The notes: generated from the letters alone by a model not told the origin. DNA of 61,054 nt from Bacteroidota bacterium (GCA_947459075.1 CANHBJ010000001.1:1-61054), one strand, 5' to 3'. Positions 1 through 8,976 are shown, counted from the stretch's first letter. Translations and numbers: made by a program.

Positions 1-372
1 AAAAGTATAACCTAGAGGAACGTTTGTTTTTACTTGCGGTATCAATACTTTTATTGAAAATTGCAGCCAACTCGTTTGATTCGGCAAATGCTTTTTCTGC
101 TAGGACTAAATTTTTCATAACTGGTTTTCTAATAATAATTTTCAAACAAATACCCGTTTCCCTTAACTCCTTTAAACATATTTTCATCTTATGAATAAAA
201 TCGTTTCGAGACTCTACACTTTGCGCCTCTCCTTAGTTTAAAGCGGGAGATGTCCCACTTCTCAGTAATTGTCCACCCAAGTGATTTCCAATTTTATCGT
301 TAGGTAATTGCTCAATTACATCTAATATCAATATTGAAAAATCAATCAAACGTTCCTCTAGGTTATACTTTT
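1..372. repeat. Perfect 26-bp inverted repeat (arms 1-26 and 347-372) enclosing the four-helix-bundle ORF.
   Basis: Arm 1-26 is aaaagtataacctagaggaacgtttg. Arm 347-372 is caaacgttcctctaggttatactttt, the exact reverse complement. The inner boundary mismatches at 27/346. The outer boundary cannot be seen because the window starts at the arm. Confidence 0.9.
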
Positions 373-385
373 TTGATGACTCCAT
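1..385 (-). pseudogene. Four-helix-bundle protein (23S rRNA intervening-sequence protein family). It is interrupted by an in-frame TAA and its 3' end runs off the window.
   Basis: Manual translation from the ATG at 385 (minus strand) gives MESSKKYNLEERLIDFSILILDVIEQLPNDKIGNHLGGQLLRSGTSPALN*GEAQSVESRNDFIHKMKICLKELRETGICLKII...SIDTASKNKRSSRLYF. The 'RSGTSPALNYGEAQ...DFIHK...LKELRET' pattern is the family signature as I remember it. The stop codon is at 233-235, where Tyr is expected. The gene is absent from the ORF track because both halves are short. Confidence 0.7.
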
Positions 386-430
386 ATTATACTTTTATTA
401 GGAAGTAATTACTCAGTTTTGAATAGTAAC

Positions 431-485
431 ATTCAACTTCGACATTCGAAATTCAACATTCATTATTCATTATTCATTATTTACC
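431..485. repeat. Degenerate heptanucleotide tandem repeat (ATTCAAC/ATTCGAA/ATTCATT, about 7-8 units).
   Basis: Read directly: attcaac ttcgac attcgaa attcaac attcatt attcatt attcatt atttacc. It is intergenic, between pntAB and the four-helix-bundle cassette. Confidence 0.7.
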
Positions 486-559
486 TAACAATCAATACAA
501 GTTCCCAATCTCCGCCTTTCGAAACTCAGTTCAGCGTAGCTAATTTCGAATTTTCCTCG

Positions 560-862
560 TTACTTTCTCTTCTTAAACATTTCCAGCATTCTATCGGTAA
601 CAACAAAACCACCAACAACATTTAGTGTTCCAAGTACAACTGCTAAAAAACCAAGTGATAAAGACAACACATGTTCAGCTTGTCCCATTACAATGATAGA
701 TCCGATAATAACAACGCCATGTATGGCGTTAGCACCACTCATTAATGGTGTGTGTAAAACAGAGGGCACATGGCCAATGATTTCAATTCCCACAAAAATC
801 ATCAGGATAATAAGGTAGATGAGTTCCATGTTTTCTGTTAAAATAGATAATATTTTTTCCAT
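560..862 (-). CDS. pntAB: NAD(P) transhydrogenase alpha subunit, part 2 (membrane domain).
   Basis: 100-aa hydrophobic ORF with ...HTPLMSGANAIHGVV...GGFVVTDRMLEMFKK. It lies 12 nt downstream of pntAA on the same strand. Confidence 0.85.
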   Translation of the reverse strand: MEKILSILTENMELIYLIILMIFVGIEIIGHVPSVLHTPLMSGANAIHGVVIIGSIIVMGQAEHVLSLSLGFLAVVLGTLNVVGGFVVTDRMLEMFKKRK

Positions 863-874
863 AAAAATTTGTGT

Positions 875-1996
875 TTAAGCTACTGCTGTTATTAATGAAG
901 GATGAATAATTTTACCTTGATGTGTAATTAATGTTCCTTTGGTTATTTCTTCTTCAAATTCCCATTTCATGCCATCTTTAGATGATAAATGCATGAGTAA
1001 ATTATAAATATTTTTTGCATAAAGCTCACTGGCATTTTGTGCAAGTGTGCTTGGTAAATTACTTTGACCCACAATGGTAATTCCATGCTTAACTACTGTT
1101 TTGTCTAATTCACTCAGTTCACAATTTCCTCCTTGCTCAACGGCCATATCAACAATAACACTACCCAACTTCATTAACTTAACCTGCTCTTCTGTAATTA
1201 AAACAGGCGCTTTTTTACCGGCTACTAGGGCTGTAGTAATAACTAAATCAGCCTGAGATAATCTATTATTTACAGCCTCTTTTTGCTTTTGTAAATAATC
1301 GGCACTAACTTCTTTTGCGTATCCACCTTCTACTTTTACCCCTTCACTTTTTACTTCAATAAATTTACCACCAAGAGATTCTACTTGTTCTTTAGTTTCA
1401 GGTCGTACATCAGTTACCTCAACCACAGCACCCAATCGTTTGGCTGTTGCCACGGCTTGAAGACCAGCAACACCAGCGCCAAATATCAATACTTTTGATG
1501 GAGTTAATGTTCCTGCTGCGGTCATCATCAATGGAAATATTTTACCCATTACATCCGCCCCTAAAATAACGGCTTTATATCCTGCTAAATTATTTTGAGA
1601 ACTCAATGCGTCCATACTTTGAGCTCTAGAAATGCGAGGTATCGCATCCATACTAAAAGCACTTATTTGGCCAGCAACAAACTGATTAACCAATTCAGGA
1701 TTAAACAAATGATATATGTATGAAATGAGAATACTGCCTATTTTCATAGCAGCAACTTCATCTGTATTTGGTGCATTTACTTTAATAACAATATCAGCCT
1801 GTTGTAAACCATCAATTTTATTTACAATTATACAGCCTGCATTTTTGTATGCATCATCATCAAAACTTGAATCATATCCAGCATTGCTTTCAACCAAACA
1901 AACATAACCCTGTTTAACATATTGAGATGCAACTGCAGGTGTTAGTGCAACACGTTTTTCGTTTGGCTTACTTTCTTTAAGAACAAGTATTTTCAT
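875..1996 (-). CDS. pntAA: NAD(P) transhydrogenase alpha subunit, part 1 (alanine dehydrogenase/PNT fold).
   Basis: 373 aa. Starts MKILVLKE..EKRVALTP, has the Rossmann motif VLIFGAGVAGLQAVATAKRLGA, and the domain order is typical of PntAA. Confidence 0.85.
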   Translation of the reverse strand: MKILVLKESKPNEKRVALTPAVASQYVKQGYVCLVESNAGYDSSFDDDAYKNAGCIIVNKIDGLQQADIVIKVNAPNTDEVAAMKIGSILISYIYHLFNPELVNQFVAGQISAFSMDAIPRISRAQSMDALSSQNNLAGYKAVILGADVMGKIFPLMMTAAGTLTPSKVLIFGAGVAGLQAVATAKRLGAVVEVTDVRPETKEQVESLGGKFIEVKSEGVKVEGGYAKEVSADYLQKQKEAVNNRLSQADLVITTALVAGKKAPVLITEEQVKLMKLGSVIVDMAVEQGGNCELSELDKTVVKHGITIVGQSNLPSTLAQNASELYAKNIYNLLMHLSSKDGMKWEFEEEITKGTLITHQGKIIHPSLITAVA

Positions 1997-2076
1997 ATAT
2001 TAATCCCGTTTTTGACAAAATAAAAGTAATTAAAACCAATCGATATAACAAAGCTATTTATTTTGCATCCCAAATC

Positions 2077-2979
2077 ATGTTAAAAATAGCATACGCAAGC
2101 ATATACCAACATTCACTTCCCGATGGGCATCGTTTTCCTATGTTAAAATATGAGCTCATTCCTAAACAGCTATTACATCATGGTATTATAACTACTGATA
2201 ACCTATTTGAGCCAGGGTTGTGCGAAGAAAAAATAATTCAACTTACCCACGATTATGAATATTGGCAGGCGCTAAAAAATTGCACATTAGATGCAAGTCA
2301 TATTCGCAGAATAGGTTTTCCGTTAACACCAGAATTGGTAAAACGTGAAATATGTATTGCGCAAGGCACCATTGATTGTGCGCTGTTTGCTATACAATAT
2401 GGCGTTTCATTAAACGTAGCTGGTGGCACACACCATGCTTTTACCAATAAAGGCGAAGGCTTTTGTTTATTAAACGATTTGGCTATTGCTAGTAATTATT
2501 TGTTACATCATCAATTAATTAAAAGAATACTAATTGTAGATTTAGATGTGCACCAAGGAAATGGTACAGCACAAATATTTGAACAAAACCCAGCTGTATT
2601 TACTTTTAGCATGCATGGTAAAAACAACTATCCTTTCTTTAAAGAAAAGAGTGATTTGGATATAGAATTACCTGATGGAATCTGCGGAGCAGATTATTTA
2701 TTACTTTTAAAAACACATTTGCCAAAAATAATAGACCAACATAACCCAGATTTTGTGTTTTATTTAAGTGGGGTTGACGTATTATCAACTGATAAGTTTG
2801 GAAAACTTAACCTAACTCCTGCAGATTGTAAACAAAGAGATGAAGTAGTTTTTGAAATTTGTAAAAACCTTGAAATACCAATAGTAGCAGCTATGGGAGG
2901 CGGATATTCACCACTGATTGCAGACATTGTAAACGCACATTGCAATACCTTTATAGCAGCTAACGAAATCTTTTTTTAA
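2077..2979 (+). CDS. Histone deacetylase-family (arginase-fold) deacylase/amidohydrolase.
   Basis: 300 aa with HDAC-family motifs: GGTHHA, DLDVHQGNGT, and GGGY near the C-terminus. Confidence 0.8.
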   Translation: MLKIAYASIYQHSLPDGHRFPMLKYELIPKQLLHHGIITTDNLFEPGLCEEKIIQLTHDYEYWQALKNCTLDASHIRRIGFPLTPELVKREICIAQGTIDCALFAIQYGVSLNVAGGTHHAFTNKGEGFCLLNDLAIASNYLLHHQLIKRILIVDLDVHQGNGTAQIFEQNPAVFTFSMHGKNNYPFFKEKSDLDIELPDGICGADYLLLLKTHLPKIIDQHNPDFVFYLSGVDVLSTDKFGKLNLTPADCKQRDEVVFEICKNLEIPIVAAMGGGYSPLIADIVNAHCNTFIAANEIFF

Positions 2980-3086
2980 ATAATTTACCAAACTTTTTTG
3001 CATTTTAATATTCGGTTTCATTAATTCACGCCACGAAAAGCATATTAAATATTATTTAACTTTGCTTGACAATAAACAAAAACAAT

Positions 3087-3094
3087 TAAATTTG
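3087..3094 (+). promoter_or_regulatory. Bacteroidota sigma-A -7 box (TAnnTTTG) upstream of the 85-aa charged-protein gene.
   Basis: TAAATTTG lies 29 nt upstream of the ATG at 3123. A second match, TAACTTTG, is at 3057-3064. Confidence 0.4.
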
Positions 3095-3122
3095 TGCTAC
3101 CGCAAACCTTTTTAAAGTTAAG

Positions 3123-3380
3123 ATGACTAAGCCCAAAAAAAGTACACCAATTAAAAGCACTCCAGCAAAAAAAGGAGCCAAAACAGCAGCAAAGTCTGCA
3201 ACCAAAAAAATCGCGCCCAAAAAAGTGCACGATGATGATGACGAGGATGAAGATGAAATTATTGACGATGTAGAGACTACAGAAGCTGATGAAGATGTTG
3301 ATCTTGACATCGATACTATGGACGTAGATTACGAAAAAGGATTTGGTTTTGAAGACGATGATGATGATGATGATTTTTAA
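3123..3380 (+). CDS. Small bipartite protein with a Lys/Ala/Pro-rich basic N-terminal half and a poly-acidic C-terminal half.
   Basis: 85-aa ORF: MTKPKKSTPIKSTPAKKGAKTAAKSATKKIAPKK / VHDDDDEDEDEIIDD...YEKGFGFEDDDDDDDF. It has a plausible promoter box. The antisense ORFs are low-complexity artefacts of it. Confidence 0.6.
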   Translation: MTKPKKSTPIKSTPAKKGAKTAAKSATKKIAPKKVHDDDDEDEDEIIDDVETTEADEDVDLDIDTMDVDYEKGFGFEDDDDDDDF

Positions 3381-3397
3381 TTCATCACATCAATCAA

Positions 3398-3940
3398 CTA
3401 TTTCATAATAATAATATCTTCTGATTCCGCGGCATTGCTAAAGTGCAATGCCCGGTCTATCAGTAGAAATCGTAATTTAACAGTATCACCATCATTTAAA
3501 AGCACACTTGGCTCCAGTGTAACTTCTATTGTTCCTCTAATAGCCTTATATTTACCTTCTGGTGTAAGTGGCATAACACGCAAATCAGCACGAAGTGTGT
3601 CGCCCGAGAAATCGGCAATAACATAATTATAATTATCCCCTTCTTTTCTCAAAAACTCTACATATAAATTATTGTAGTAAATGTTGGTATTTTTACCCGT
3701 TAAGGGATTTTTTATATTGTTATACGGAGGCAATGTATCACCGTCCTCAAGTCCAATATCTCCATCTCCATCTTTAAATTTAATAGAAAAAACCAACAGA
3801 TTAGTAGAATCACGATTAATGTAAGAACTCTTTTCAAACTCTATTGATGGAATTATAGGATATATTTCACCACCTTTGCAGGCATACAGCAAAATGGCAG
3901 ATAAAAATAGTACTATGCTTTTTAACAAAGTTGACTTCAT
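3398..3940 (-). CDS. Hypothetical lipoprotein.
   Basis: 180 aa. Signal peptide plus lipobox: MKSTLLKSIVLFLSAILLYAC. Confidence 0.6.
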   Translation of the reverse strand: MKSTLLKSIVLFLSAILLYACKGGEIYPIIPSIEFEKSSYINRDSTNLLVFSIKFKDGDGDIGLEDGDTLPPYNNIKNPLTGKNTNIYYNNLYVEFLRKEGDNYNYVIADFSGDTLRADLRVMPLTPEGKYKAIRGTIEVTLEPSVLLNDGDTVKLRFLLIDRALHFSNAAESEDIIIMK

Positions 3941-4904
3941 ACAACGATCTATTGATTCAAAATTAATACATTTTGATGAATTAGCCTTACAGTTATATTC
4001 TTATCAGCTTAAGCATAACCCACTCCTACATCAATTTGTTAAATTAACCAACGATAAAACCATAGTAAAAAGTTTAAATGATTGCCGTTTTTTACCCGTT
4101 AGCTTTTTTAAAAAACACGAAGTTAAAACAGGTAATTTCCAACCTCAAACTATTTTCACCAGCAGCACCACAAGCGGGGGCGTTCCATCCAAACATTATG
4201 TTGCTGATAATGCTATTTACCAATTAAGTTACCTTACAGGCTTTCAAAAATTTTATGGTTCGCCCAAACAATATGTTTTTTTGTGCTTGTTACCTAATTA
4301 TTTAGAGCGTACCGGAAGCAGCTTAATAGATATGGCACAAGGCCTTATTGATGCAAGTGAACATCCAAAAAGTGGATTTTATTTGTATGATTTCAAAAAA
4401 TTAGCCCAAACCATACAGCAACTTTTAAAAGAGAATAAACAGATTTTTTTATTGGGAGTAACTTTTGCACTACTTGATTTTGCCGAGCAGTTTGCCATAG
4501 ATTTAAAAAATACGATAGTTATGGAAACAGGCGGAATGAAAGGCCGCAGAGAGGAGCAAACCCGTATTGAAATTCATGATTTTTTGAAGGAAAATTTTAA
4601 GGTAAAACAAATTCATTCGGAATATGGAATGACAGAATTACTCTCTCAAGCATACGCCAAGTGTGATGGAATATTTAATTGTGCACCTTGGATGAAAATA
4701 GTAATTACTGACCTAAATGATCCGTTTACATTAATGCCAACCGGTAAGGCAGGCATTATAAATGTAATTGACTTGGCAAACGTAGACAGTTGTGCGTTTA
4801 TTCAAACACAAGACATAGGGCGATTGCTTGATGACGGAACCTTTGAAGTATTAGGAAGAATGGACAACAGCGAGGTTCGCGGTTGTAATTTAATGTATGT
4901 TTAA
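3915..4904 (+). CDS. LuxE-like acyl-protein synthetase / ANL-superfamily adenylating enzyme.
   Basis: Adenylate-forming-like motifs: FTSSTTSGG, EYGMTE and ETGGMKGRR. The start was moved to the ATG at 3915 to reduce overlap with the convergent lipoprotein gene, and it remains uncertain. Confidence 0.6.
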   Translation: MLFNKVDFIQRSIDSKLIHFDELALQLYSYQLKHNPLLHQFVKLTNDKTIVKSLNDCRFLPVSFFKKHEVKTGNFQPQTIFTSSTTSGGVPSKHYVADNAIYQLSYLTGFQKFYGSPKQYVFLCLLPNYLERTGSSLIDMAQGLIDASEHPKSGFYLYDFKKLAQTIQQLLKENKQIFLLGVTFALLDFAEQFAIDLKNTIVMETGGMKGRREEQTRIEIHDFLKENFKVKQIHSEYGMTELLSQAYAKCDGIFNCAPWMKIVITDLNDPFTLMPTGKAGIINVIDLANVDSCAFIQTQDIGRLLDDGTFEVLGRMDNSEVRGCNLMYV

Positions 4905-4908
4905 GGTA

Positions 4909-5364
4909 TTATTTTATCAAAGAAACATTAACCGCATTTAGTCCTTTATGACCACTTTCTACGTTAAACGTAACTTTATCATTTTCTTTAACGGCTTCTT
5001 TTAAGCTGTTGATGTGAACAAAAACGCTATCATTATTTACTGAATCTTTAATAAAGCCAAAACCTTTCGACTCGTTAAAGAAAGTTACAATACCAGTGCG
5101 CAATGTATCTTGAGGTTCTTCTGCAGCGCGTTTAAAAACACCTATCTGCATATCTTCCTCTTTAAATACTTTTTTCTTCTTAGGATCGGGAGGAGTAGTT
5201 GTTAAGTTACCGTTCTCATCTACGTAAGCTAACATATCTTCAAACGATTTTCCTTTATCTGAGTTGGCTTTACGTTCTTCGCGCTTTTCGGCTTTATCTT
5301 TCCTTTTCTTTTGTTTTTTTCTCTCGTTTTCTTTTTTACTGAATGTTTCTTGTGATCTACCCAT
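4909..5364 (-). CDS. Cold-shock-domain protein with a Lys/Glu-rich N-terminal extension.
   Basis: The C-terminal region GIVTFFNESKGFGFIKD...VFVH contains RNP1-like KGFGFI. Confidence 0.8.
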   Translation of the reverse strand: MGRSQETFSKKENERKKQKKRKDKAEKREERKANSDKGKSFEDMLAYVDENGNLTTTPPDPKKKKVFKEEDMQIGVFKRAAEEPQDTLRTGIVTFFNESKGFGFIKDSVNNDSVFVHINSLKEAVKENDKVTFNVESGHKGLNAVNVSLIK

Positions 5365-5500
5365 TATTATTTATTTAGTGTGCTTAATTATGCAACGTGC
5401 ATTGTACGAAGGTAGACTATTAAACCCGAAACTTTTTGCTTTATGTTAATAATCATTAAACTAACCCACTAAGCATCAGCAGAACAAGTAATAAAAGTCA

Positions 5501-5530
5501 ATAAAAAAACCTCGAGAAATTCCCGAGGTT
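5501..5530 (-). terminator. Rho-independent terminator downstream of sucC.
   Basis: Stem aacctcg (5508-5514) pairs with cgaggtt (5524-5530). The A-run at 5501-5507 reads as a T-run on the minus strand. Confidence 0.7.
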
Positions 5531-5554
5531 TTATTTTTAATGCGTAAATATGAA

Positions 5555-6775
5555 TTAAATAGTACCACTCACCGCTTTTTGTACTAAGTCGGCTGCTTCT
5601 TTTAAAACAATAGCTGAGTATACTTTTAATCCTGATTCGTCAATTAATTTTTTAGCTTGCTCTGCATTGGTTCCTTGTAAACGAACAATGATTGGCACTG
5701 GAATATTACCGATTGATTTGTAAGCATCAACAACACCTTGTGCAACACGGTCGCAACGAACAATTCCCCCAAAAATATTAATCAAAATAGCTTTTACATT
5801 TGGATCTTGTAAAATTATACGGAAACCTGCCTCAACAGTTGTAGCGTTTGCGCTTCCCCCAACATCAAGAAAATTGGCAGGCTCACCACCCGATAATTTA
5901 ATGATATCCATAGTAGCCATTGCTAAACCAGCACCGTTAACCATACAACCTACATTGCCGTCTAATTTAACAAAATTTAGGTTGTGCTTACCTGCTTCAA
6001 CTTCAGTTGGATCTTCTTCTGCTAAATCGCGCATTGCTGCATAATCTGGATGACGGTATAATGCGCTATCATCAAAACTTACTTTACCATCAACTGCAAT
6101 TATTTTATCATCAGCTGTTTTTAAAACTGGGTTAATTTCAAACATAGCCGAATCACTGCTATCATAAGCGGTGTATAGTGCAGTAACAAATTTTACCATT
6201 TGTTTGTGCGCCTCACCTGATAGTCCAAGATTAAACGCAATTTTGCGTGCTTGGAATCCTTGCAAACCCACTTTAGGATCAATCGTTTCTTTATGGATTA
6301 ATTCAGGAGTATGTTCTGCAACGTGTTCGATATCCATACCACCTTCAGTACTGTATACAATAATATTTTTTGATTGAGAACGATCAAGCATTACACTCAT
6401 GTAATATTCTTTAGGTTCATTTGCTCCTGGGTAGTATACATCTTGGGCAACCAATACTTTACTAACAAACTTACCTTTAGGGCCTGTTTGAATAGTAACT
6501 AAAGTACCTCCTAAAATATTCCCTGCAATTTCTTTTGCTTTGTCAGCGTTTTTTGCCACGGCAACACCACGTTGCTCTTTACCTACAATTGTTCCTTTAC
6601 CACGGCCACCTGCGTGTATTTGAGCCTTAACTACAACAAAATCACTACCATATTGCTCTTTTAGTTTAAGAGCAGCAGCGTGCGCCTCGTCAGCAGTTTC
6701 AGCCACTATGCCTTCTTGCACAGCAACACCAAATGATTTTAATACTTGTTTAGCTTGATATTCGTGAATGTTCAT
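5555..6775 (-). CDS. sucC: Succinate-CoA ligase (ADP-forming) beta subunit.
   Basis: Starts MNIHEYQAKQVLKSFGV and contains VVKAQIHAGGRGKG and GGIVRCD. The start is set at the internal Met (6775). The 21-aa upstream extension in the ORF track is not part of the family. Confidence 0.9.
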   Translation of the reverse strand: MNIHEYQAKQVLKSFGVAVQEGIVAETADEAHAAALKLKEQYGSDFVVVKAQIHAGGRGKGTIVGKEQRGVAVAKNADKAKEIAGNILGGTLVTIQTGPKGKFVSKVLVAQDVYYPGANEPKEYYMSVMLDRSQSKNIIVYSTEGGMDIEHVAEHTPELIHKETIDPKVGLQGFQARKIAFNLGLSGEAHKQMVKFVTALYTAYDSSDSAMFEINPVLKTADDKIIAVDGKVSFDDSALYRHPDYAAMRDLAEEDPTEVEAGKHNLNFVKLDGNVGCMVNGAGLAMATMDIIKLSGGEPANFLDVGGSANATTVEAGFRIILQDPNVKAILINIFGGIVRCDRVAQGVVDAYKSIGNIPVPIIVRLQGTNAEQAKKLIDESGLKVYSAIVLKEAADLVQKAVSGTI

Positions 6776-6863
6776 TTTCGGAAATTTTGGTGCGAAAATA
6801 GCATTTAAAATTAGAATCAGAAATTTTAAAAATTGCATGAATCAGTCATAGTTAAATCTATTA

Positions 6864-8327
6864 TTGTTATTATTGCCATTGATGAACATTATACATCGCT
6901 CAAACGGTTTATTTTATTGGCTATTGCTGCTGCTAATCAGCTACTTTTCGTTATTCCACAAATTGGATAGCGCTCCATTTTACATGTGGGACGAATCGTG
7001 GTATGCATTAAACGCACAAGAAATGTTAGAAAAGGGGAATTTTTTAGAAGTGTTTTTATTAGGCAAACCTGATTTTGGGAACACCAAACCCCCTTTTGCA
7101 TTATGGTGTATGCTGCCTTTTATCAAACTGTTTGGATTTAATGAATTAGGAGTAAGATTGGCTTCAGCCATATTTGCATTATTTAGCACAATATTGCTTT
7201 ACCTTGTTGGATTAAAAGTTTTAAAAGACAAACTATACGCATTAGCATTACCTCTTGTTTTACTAAGTTCAACGGGATTTGTTAGCCAACATATTGCCCG
7301 CAGCGGTGATACCGATAGTATACTGGCCTTTTTAATATTGGCACAATCGTTATCCTTTTACATATTTACAACAAGAGCTCATCAACCACAAGCACAATGG
7401 TATTTAGTTGCCACAGCCCTTTTATTAAGTTTAGGTTGCTTAACCAAAGGTATTGCAGGGTTATTGGTTTTACCTGGTTTAATTGCATGGGCAATATATA
7501 CACGCCATTTTATTCCAATATTAAAAGGCTGGGGCTTTTATGCGGGGGTACTTATTTTTATTTTATTAGTTCCGGGATATTATTGGTACAGAAATTTGCT
7601 AACACCTGGCTATATAGATGCTGTAATAAAATTTGAATTAGGGGGCAGACTTGAACAACAAACTTATTTAAACCAAGATAAACTCCCATTCTATTATTAT
7701 TACAAAGCATTTATAACCGAAAACAGGTTGATGAATTGGATTTATGCTTTGCCTATAGCCATTATTTACCTTATAAAAAGTGAACAAAGTAGTGTGAAAA
7801 AACTCGGTATATTTATGCTATTTGCATTGGCAGGTACGAGCACATTATTGTGTCTATCATCTACAAAATTATATTGGTATGATGCTTCATTATACCCAAT
7901 CATTGCATGTATTATTGGCCTAGCTGCGGCTTTGTTTATAGCCAATAATAAACCCTCTTTCAGCTTGCTTTTCATCCTTTTGTTTCTGCCAGCTTATCAA
8001 TACATTATTAAAAATAATGTATACACCAATATGCACACATCTTTGGGCAATATTTTAAAAGAAATAAGGCAAGGAGATCATAAAAATGATAGTATCTATA
8101 TTCTTCATTCGGATGTTACCTTTATTGTAAATTGCTATGCTAAAAAAGACGCGCTCTTGGGTTTTAACAACACCATTACAAACCATGAAGACAGTAATTT
8201 AACATCAGGTAAATACATCCTAACAACAAAAAAAGAACGTGATATTGATGTAAATAATTTATTTGTTTTAGAAACTATTGCACGTAAAGAGGATTGTGCC
8301 TACTATAAAATTATTGCAAAAAAATGA
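6864..8327 (+). CDS. Family 39 (ArnT/PMT-like) membrane glycosyltransferase.
   Basis: 487 aa with many TM helices and an early periplasmic-loop DE motif ([14 protein letters not shown]). The start could be the TTG at 6864 or the ATG at 6882. Confidence 0.65.
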   Translation: MLLLPLMNIIHRSNGLFYWLLLLLISYFSLFHKLDSAPFYMWDESWYALNAQEMLEKGNFLEVFLLGKPDFGNTKPPFALWCMLPFIKLFGFNELGVRLASAIFALFSTILLYLVGLKVLKDKLYALALPLVLLSSTGFVSQHIARSGDTDSILAFLILAQSLSFYIFTTRAHQPQAQWYLVATALLLSLGCLTKGIAGLLVLPGLIAWAIYTRHFIPILKGWGFYAGVLIFILLVPGYYWYRNLLTPGYIDAVIKFELGGRLEQQTYLNQDKLPFYYYYKAFITENRLMNWIYALPIAIIYLIKSEQSSVKKLGIFMLFALAGTSTLLCLSSTKLYWYDASLYPIIACIIGLAAALFIANNKPSFSLLFILLFLPAYQYIIKNNVYTNMHTSLGNILKEIRQGDHKNDSIYILHSDVTFIVNCYAKKDALLGFNNTITNHEDSNLTSGKYILTTKKERDIDVNNLFVLETIARKEDCAYYKIIAKK

Positions 8328-8974
8328 TTACAGCTAAAAACATTACCAAGGCTTACAACCAACTAAAAGTTTTAAAAGGAACCTCTTTAACCATTAACGA
8401 AGGAGAAGTGGTTGCCATTGTTGGTGCTAGTGGTGCAGGTAAAACCACACTTTTGCAAATATTAGGCACATTAGATAAACCCGACTCTGGAGAAGTTATT
8501 ATAAATAATATTGACGTAACACATCTTTCGGCAAAAAAATTAGCAGCGTTCAGAAACAGTAAAATTGGATTTATTTTTCAATTTCATCAACTATTACCAG
8601 AATTTACTGCTTTAGAAAATGTATGCTTCCCCGCTTGGATTGGCAATAAAAATAAAACGGAAACAGAGGCCAGAGCAAAAGAACTTTTAAACTACCTAAA
8701 TTTAGGCGAACGATTAAACCATAAACCAGGTCAACTCTCAGGTGGAGAGCAGCAACGCGTGGCAGTGGCAAGGGCACTTATAAATAAACCTGCGGTAGTT
8801 TTTGCCGATGAGCCTAGTGGAAACCTTGATTCGAAAAACGCAGAAGAACTGCACGATTTATTTTTTAAGCTAAAACAAGAGTTTAACCAAACCTTTGTAA
8901 TTGTAACACATAATGAAGCATTAGCAAATAGGGCCGATAGAAAATTGGTGATGAAAGATGGCGTTATAGTTTAA
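8324..8974 (+). CDS. ABC transporter ATP-binding protein (LolD/MacB-type).
   Basis: Walker [11 protein letters not shown], signature [15 protein letters not shown], Walker B VVFADEP. The start overlaps the upstream stop (ATGA). Confidence 0.85.
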   Translation: MITAKNITKAYNQLKVLKGTSLTINEGEVVAIVGASGAGKTTLLQILGTLDKPDSGEVIINNIDVTHLSAKKLAAFRNSKIGFIFQFHQLLPEFTALENVCFPAWIGNKNKTETEARAKELLNYLNLGERLNHKPGQLSGGEQQRVAVARALINKPAVVFADEPSGNLDSKNAEELHDLFFKLKQEFNQTFVIVTHNEALANRADRKLVMKDGVIV

Positions 8975-8976
8975 CA

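Noticed and set aside
1-372. The 26-bp terminal inverted repeats could mark an IS element or MITE.
   Set aside because: No transposase is present. The repeat arms are themselves the two coding ends of the four-helix-bundle ORF, and no target-site duplication can be assessed because the left flank is outside the window.
419-625. A 68-aa plus-strand ORF.
   Set aside because: It runs through the heptamer repeat and into the antisense of pntAB. It is low-complexity and has no supporting signals.
3045-3310. Minus-strand ORFs of 61 and 74 aa (poly-Ser / Cys-Phe rich).
   Set aside because: They are antisense low-complexity shadows of the GAT/GAA- and AAA-rich 85-aa gene.
6776-6838. An N-terminal 21-aa extension of sucC (MQFLKFLILILNAIFAPKFPK). 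A similar extension of rlmN is at 38063-38110.
   Set aside because: Both families start at the internal Met (MNIHEYQAK... and MMQAPQGKIDIRSL...). The extensions are hydrophobic or low-complexity and would remove the upstream intergenic or promoter space.
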